From a virus: a stretch of 64,000 nt of DNA. Each line of letters starts with the position of its first letter. Positions within the stretch are counted from its first letter, which is position 1. The stretch lies in UHGV virus genome UHGV-0171999; one strand, written 5' to 3'. The position numbers and the translations under genes are program-made. Below the pieces are notes generated by a model. It saw only the letters and a program-made list of their open reading frames with translations, was not told the DNA's origin and searched no databases. Positions 59,966-64,000 of the stretch are shown here, piece by piece.

Positions 59966-60171
59966 AATTTGATTTTTATGCATGGCAAAAAGCCGGTAGA
60001 CCTGCTAGTCGAGCATTTGGTTCTGATGGATATAATATTAGAGCCCATTGGAAGTTTAATGCTCCAGACGATTATTCTCCGGTAGTTATTAACGGTGATG
60101 TTGTTATATTAACTAAAATTGGGTATTTTAACGTTCCGCAAGAATTTATTATAAATAGTCATGTAATTTAA
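59962..60171 (+). CDS. small hypothetical protein
   Basis: 69-aa ORF in the 56-soc interval. Confidence 0.5.
   Translation: MKFDFYAWQKAGRPASRAFGSDGYNIRAHWKFNAPDDYSPVVINGDVVILTKIGYFNVPQEFIINSHVI
60150..60157 (+). promoter_or_regulatory. T4 late promoter TATAAATA upstream of soc
   Basis: Exact TATAAATA about 30 nt before the soc ATG. Confidence 0.6.
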
Positions 60172-60187
60172 ATAAAAGGAGAATTAC

Positions 60188-60433
60188 ATGGCTAGTACTC
60201 GCGGTTATGTTAATATCAAAACGTTTGAGCAGAAATTAGATGGAAATAAGAAAATTGAAGGAAAGGAAATTTCTGTAGCTTTCCCTCTTTATTCTGACGT
60301 TCACAAAATTTCTGGCGCTCATTACCAGACATTCCCTTCAGAAAAAGCAGCATATTCTACAGTATATGAAGAAAATCAACGTACTGAATGGATTACTGCA
60401 AACGAAGATTTGTGGAAAGTAACTGGTGAATAA
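60188..60433 (+). CDS. soc: small outer capsid protein Soc
   Basis: MASTRGYVNIKTFEQKLDGNKKIEGKEISVAFPLYSDVHKISGAHYQTFPSEKAAYSTVYEENQRTEWI... matches remembered T4 Soc. Confidence 0.95.
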   Translation: MASTRGYVNIKTFEQKLDGNKKIEGKEISVAFPLYSDVHKISGAHYQTFPSEKAAYSTVYEENQRTEWITANEDLWKVTGE

Positions 60434-60437
60434 ATTC

Positions 60438-60465
60438 AAGGACTCCTCCGGGAGTCCTTTTTCAT
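60438..60465 (+). terminator. intrinsic terminator, hairpin plus T-run
   Basis: AAGGACTCCTCCGGGAGTCCTTTTT. Confidence 0.7.
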
Positions 60466-60472
60466 TTTACCG

Positions 60473-60502
60473 GTTTACTTTCCAAAATGAGTATGGTATA
60501 AT
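60473..60502 (+). promoter_or_regulatory. T4 early promoter
   Basis: GTTTAC, 18-nt spacer, TGGTATAAT. Confidence 0.65.
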
Positions 60503-60528
60503 AGAATTATCTTATAGAGGAGAGTACT

Positions 60529-60735
60529 ATGTTAAATCGCTGGATTAAACCAAATGAAGATTTAGATATTATCATTTCACGGCATGTAATGAAGAAATAT
60601 GAACTACAGCCATGGTCTACAGAAGTTGTTGTGCATTCATTTATGATGTATGCAGATGGTTCTGTCGAATTTAATGCAGAGATTCGATATGATTATGGCG
60701 AAAAGCAAGTCGAATTCAAAAGAGGCTTTTTGTAA
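60529..60735 (+). CDS. hypothetical protein
   Basis: 68-aa ORF after GGAGAG. Confidence 0.5.
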   Translation: MLNRWIKPNEDLDIIISRHVMKKYELQPWSTEVVVHSFMMYADGSVEFNAEIRYDYGEKQVEFKRGFL

Positions 60736-61076
60736 TGTTTATCTTTAATTGGTTTAAAAGTTTCTTTACGGATTTTTTCTCTACAACTCCCGGAGAAGGT
60801 GTAGTTCCTATTTCAAATGACTACCTTCCTTTAACTGTAGTTGAATATGTTTATATGGGAGATGGAACAGTAGAAGCAGTCACTATGACTTATGAAGAAG
60901 CCCAGGAATACTATAAAAATCCTTGGCGCTGGTCAACACCTACTACATCATCTAATACGCAGAATACACAGTCTAGTTCTGATTCATATGATACTAATGT
61001 TCCTGTTCATGTGTGGACGGGCGATTCATGTGGAAGTTCTTGTGATTCTAGTTGTTCATCTACATCTTGTGATTGA
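60735..61076 (+). CDS. hypothetical protein with Ser/Thr-rich linker and Cys-rich C-terminal tail
   Basis: 113 aa ending [17 protein letters not shown]. Confidence 0.5.
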   Translation: MFIFNWFKSFFTDFFSTTPGEGVVPISNDYLPLTVVEYVYMGDGTVEAVTMTYEEAQEYYKNPWRWSTPTTSSNTQNTQSSSDSYDTNVPVHVWTGDSCGSSCDSSCSSTSCD

Positions 61077-61084
61077 GGAAAATT

Positions 61085-61570
61085 ATGGAAGCGATTTTGT
61101 TTGAAATGTATATTAGCAGTAATAGCATGTCATTTGCTAAAGATGTTCCAATTACCGTAGCAGTAATGATTGATAAGGGTTATTGCGACCCAATGTATCT
61201 CGTAGAAAATTTCGTTTCAATGCCAGTTCCAGAAGATGCTGAAATAAAACTTAAAAAGATTGGTATTATTGAAACTGTGCCAAATATTCCATTTAGAGCA
61301 ATTGAAGCATTTACTAAATCAGAATACATTAATGTTAACACAGAAAAATATAATGATGAACCTTTATCTTTTTATTCATATGATTCAGCATATAGTTGGG
61401 AAATAGATAAAGGAAATAAGTTTATAATTGTGGACGAAGATGCTTTATCATATTTTATTGCTTCTTTATGGAATAATTTAAATCCAAATTTGCTAAAAAT
61501 TCATGAATTTGATGATTCTCCTACTATTGTTTTAGGTAAAACAAATGAAAGTTCTGAAGAAAATGTTTGA
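61085..61570 (+). CDS. hypothetical protein
   Basis: ATG after GAGGAAAA; 161 aa. Confidence 0.5.
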   Translation: MEAILFEMYISSNSMSFAKDVPITVAVMIDKGYCDPMYLVENFVSMPVPEDAEIKLKKIGIIETVPNIPFRAIEAFTKSEYINVNTEKYNDEPLSFYSYDSAYSWEIDKGNKFIIVDEDALSYFIASLWNNLNPNLLKIHEFDDSPTIVLGKTNESSEENV

Positions 61571-61748
61571 ATGGTTCAGTAGACCAAACTCAATGTACAT
61601 TGACGATGGTTGGGTTGAACAGGCAAATAAAGAAATGCAGAACGAATCAGAAGAATGGATGAAATCAATGATTAGCGTTGAGAAAGAAAAGAAATTAGAA
61701 CGCTCAGCGCTTAAATTGATGAGAGACATCTATGGGGATAAATCATGA
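61545..61748 (+). CDS. hypothetical protein
   Basis: 67-aa ORF overlapping the preceding gene. Confidence 0.4.
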   Translation: MKVLKKMFEWFSRPNSMYIDDGWVEQANKEMQNESEEWMKSMISVEKEKKLERSALKLMRDIYGDKS

Positions 61749-61909
61749 ACAGGAATATGACGTTAGAAGAAGCTAAGGCTAAAGCAAATGAAGCATTGGA
61801 TTTGCTTCTTAAAATTGGCAGTAAAATGATGGAAGAAAATGAGAAATATATCCAGGAAAACAAAATTCCTGACGGCCCATTAGTAGGCAAGAGGAAATCA
61901 CATGATTGA
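61745..61909 (+). CDS. small hypothetical protein
   Basis: 54-aa ORF, ATGA-coupled; below track threshold. Confidence 0.35.
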   Translation: MNRNMTLEEAKAKANEALDLLLKIGSKMMEENEKYIQENKIPDGPLVGKRKSHD

Positions 61910-62372
61910 AGTAGCAAAACATTATTCAATAGAATTTATGTCTAAAGAAGGTAAATCGGTAAATACACTTGATAAAAAGTGCTCATTAATTATTCCTTTA
62001 GCAGAAAATCCGGATATTTTAATTAAAGATATAAAAGAAAGAAAATATCCAGAAAATGTTATTCTAATTATAAAGCATACTGAAGATATTTTGCAGAATA
62101 CTGATTCACCATTTTCTTCTTCTGAAGCTTTAACTATTAAAGGCTATAAAAGAGCTCATGAATATGGTCTTTTTGACTTGTTTGAAGATGATAAAGTTAA
62201 ATTAGTGAGTCAGCCTTCTAAAAGTAAAACATTCATTATTGAAGATATTAAAGATATAAATGCATTTGTTAAGATGGTCTGGGCTCATTTTGATGTTGGA
62301 CTACGCTGGAGAATGTCCGAAGAAGAAAGAAAGATTATTGAAGCTAATCGTCAATTTGGTTTTTATCGCTAG
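61902..62372 (+). CDS. hypothetical protein
   Basis: 156-aa ORF. Confidence 0.55.
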   Translation: MIEVAKHYSIEFMSKEGKSVNTLDKKCSLIIPLAENPDILIKDIKERKYPENVILIIKHTEDILQNTDSPFSSSEALTIKGYKRAHEYGLFDLFEDDKVKLVSQPSKSKTFIIEDIKDINAFVKMVWAHFDVGLRWRMSEEERKIIEANRQFGFYR

Positions 62373-62380
62373 GAATTAAT

Positions 62381-62563
62381 ATGGATTTATTTGAGATGTT
62401 AGAAGATAATCATTCTACGAATATCCAGAATGATTCTAGTGATTATAAGAAAGAGTACCGTATAGTATTACAGAATTATGGAATTGAAGCCCCAGATGCT
62501 CTTCTAGAAGAACTAGCTTCATACCATCTTGACCCTCCGCCCTGGGCTCCCTGGGCAAAATAA
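62381..62563 (+). CDS. small acidic hypothetical protein
   Basis: 60-aa ORF. Confidence 0.45.
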   Translation: MDLFEMLEDNHSTNIQNDSSDYKKEYRIVLQNYGIEAPDALLEELASYHLDPPPWAPWAK

Positions 62564-62574
62564 TTCAAAAAGTT

Positions 62575-62604
62575 GTTTACTTTCCTTCCTAACAATGATA
62601 TGAT
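62575..62604 (+). promoter_or_regulatory. T4 early promoter
   Basis: GTTTAC, 18-nt spacer, TATGAT. Confidence 0.55.
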
Positions 62605-62630
62605 AGCTTCTGAAGTATATGGAGGCTATC

Positions 62631-63254
62631 ATGATTATTAATCTTGCAGATGTTGAACAGTTATCTATAAAAGCTGAAAGTGTCGATTTTCAATATGATA
62701 TGTATAAAAAGGTCTGTGAAAAATTTACTGACTTTGAGCAGTCAGTTCTTTGGCAATGTATGGAAGCCAAAAAGAATGAAGCTCTTCATCGGCAGTTGAA
62801 TAAAATCGTTAAAAAGCATTTAACTAAATCACCTTATCAGCTATATCGTGGTATATCAAAATCGACAAAAGAACTCATTAAAGATTTACAAGTCGGAGAA
62901 GTGTTTTCAACGAACAGAGTAGATTCATTTACTACTAGTTTGCACACAGCGTGCGGTTTTTCTTATGTTGAATATTCCACTGAAATAATATTTCGCTTAA
63001 AAACTGATAAAGCTTTTAATTACTCTGACCATATCAGCGATATTATACTTTCTTCTCCTAATACTGAGTTTAAGTATACATATGAAGATACCGATGGATT
63101 AGATTCAGAACGTACTGATAACTTAATGATGATTGTACGTGAACAAGAATGGATGATTCCAATTGGAAAGTATAAAATAACTTCTATTTCAAAAGAAAAA
63201 TTACACGATTCATTTGGAACATTTAAAGTGTATGATATTGAGGTAGTTGAATGA
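62631..63254 (+). CDS. modB: ADP-ribosyltransferase ModB
   Basis: R (LYRG), S-T-S (FTTS) and ExE (EQEWMIP) motifs; 207 aa from internal ATG. Confidence 0.8.
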   Translation: MIINLADVEQLSIKAESVDFQYDMYKKVCEKFTDFEQSVLWQCMEAKKNEALHRQLNKIVKKHLTKSPYQLYRGISKSTKELIKDLQVGEVFSTNRVDSFTTSLHTACGFSYVEYSTEIIFRLKTDKAFNYSDHISDIILSSPNTEFKYTYEDTDGLDSERTDNLMMIVREQEWMIPIGKYKITSISKEKLHDSFGTFKVYDIEVVE

Positions 63255-63853
63255 AATATTCAGCAATGCAATTAAAAGATTTTAAAATCAAATCAATGGA
63301 TGCATCGGTGCGTGCTTCTATTCGTGAAGAATTACTTTCTGAAGGATTTAATTTATCCGAAATTGAACTTTTAATTCATTGTATTACTAATAAGCCAGAC
63401 GATCATTCTTGGTTAAATGAAATAATCAAATCTCGTTTGGTTCCAAACGATAAACCTCTTTGGAGAGGTGTTCCAGTTGAGACTAAGCAGGTGTTAAATC
63501 AAGGAATTGATATTATTACATTTGATAAAGTAGTATCAGCTTCATATGATAAAAATATAGCTCTACATTTTGCTTCTGGATTAGAATACAACACGCAAGT
63601 TATTTTTGAATTCAAAGCTCCTATGGTGTTTAATTTCCAGGAGTATGCTATAAAAGCTCTACGTTGTAAAGAATATAGTCCGAGTTTTAAATTTCCGGAT
63701 AGCCATCGTTATCGTAATATGGAATTAGTTTCAGATGAACAAGAAGTAATGATACCAGCTGGAAGTGTATTTAGAATTGCGGATAGATATGAGTATAAAA
63801 AGTATTCAACATACACTATCTATACTCTTGATTTTGAAGGATTTAATCTATAA
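63251..63853 (+). CDS. modA: ADP-ribosyltransferase ModA
   Basis: LWRG, SAS, EQEVMIP motifs; 200 aa as T4 ModA. Confidence 0.8.
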   Translation: MKYSAMQLKDFKIKSMDASVRASIREELLSEGFNLSEIELLIHCITNKPDDHSWLNEIIKSRLVPNDKPLWRGVPVETKQVLNQGIDIITFDKVVSASYDKNIALHFASGLEYNTQVIFEFKAPMVFNFQEYAIKALRCKEYSPSFKFPDSHRYRNMELVSDEQEVMIPAGSVFRIADRYEYKKYSTYTIYTLDFEGFNL

Positions 63854-63855
63854 TG
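63792..63855 (+). repeat. direct repeat copy 1 (3' end of modA)
   Basis: 55 nt identical to 63946-64000, about 64 nt with two mismatches. Confidence 0.7.
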
Positions 63856-63909
63856 GAAGGACTTAGATTCATTATACCATGAAAGTTTTAAAGCATTTTT
63901 CATAAAGTT

Positions 63910-63939
63910 GTTTACAAGCTGAAGTAAAAATGTTATAGT
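63910..63939 (+). promoter_or_regulatory. T4 early promoter between the two repeat copies
   Basis: CATAAAGTTGTTTACA, about 18-nt spacer, TATAGT. Confidence 0.55.
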
Positions 63940-64000
63940 ATAAGTAGTATTCAACATACACTATCTATACTCTTGATTTTGAAGGATTTAATCTATAATG
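63937..64000 (+). repeat. direct repeat copy 2 (duplicate of modA 3' end; window ends here)
   Basis: Identical to 63801-63855. Confidence 0.7.

Overview
This window reads as a T-even (T4-like, Tequatrovirus) phage genome segment of the T2/T6 type, with almost all genes on the + strand. It runs from the 5' end of baseplate gene 5 (minus strand) through the early/replication region: 53, 4, 2, 3, 1, 57A, 57B, the hypervariable ipI locus, a reduced tRNA cluster, nudE, e, denV, ipII, ipIII, regB, vs, tk, rI, nrdC, 49, nrdD, nrdG, nrdH, 55, a-gt, 47, 46, rpbA, 45, 44, 62, regA, 43, imm, 42, uvsX, 40, 41, dmd, sp, 61, dam, 56, soc, modB, modA. Gene calls rest on my recall of T4 protein sequences, sizes and synteny plus motifs visible in the ORF track; no database search was run. 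Coordinates I derived myself (adjusted starts, tRNAs, promoters, hairpins) may be off by 1-2 nt, because at two line boundaries my reading of the printed sequence disagreed with the ORF track by one base. Regulation is typical T4: many early promoters (GTTTAC -35, about 18 nt spacer, TAnnnT -10), TATAAATA late promoters, MotA-box middle promoter candidates, and UUCG-tetraloop hairpin terminators. The most interesting loci are: a PD-(D/E)xK nuclease gene translationally coupled to dam; a DxD (GT-A-like) glycosyltransferase where T4 has beta-gt; two apparent homopolymer frameshifts (ipI-locus gene and a split gene at 25987-27317); new small ORFs with capsid-targeting-like leaders; a nucleotidyltransferase-fold plus P-loop ATPase pair; a macro-domain gene; an aberrant tRNA-like gene; a structured non-coding region after the tRNAs; two free-standing homing endonuclease genes; and a duplicated modA 3' end flanking a promoter cassette. 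No single locus can be shown to be a previously undescribed system from sequence alone.
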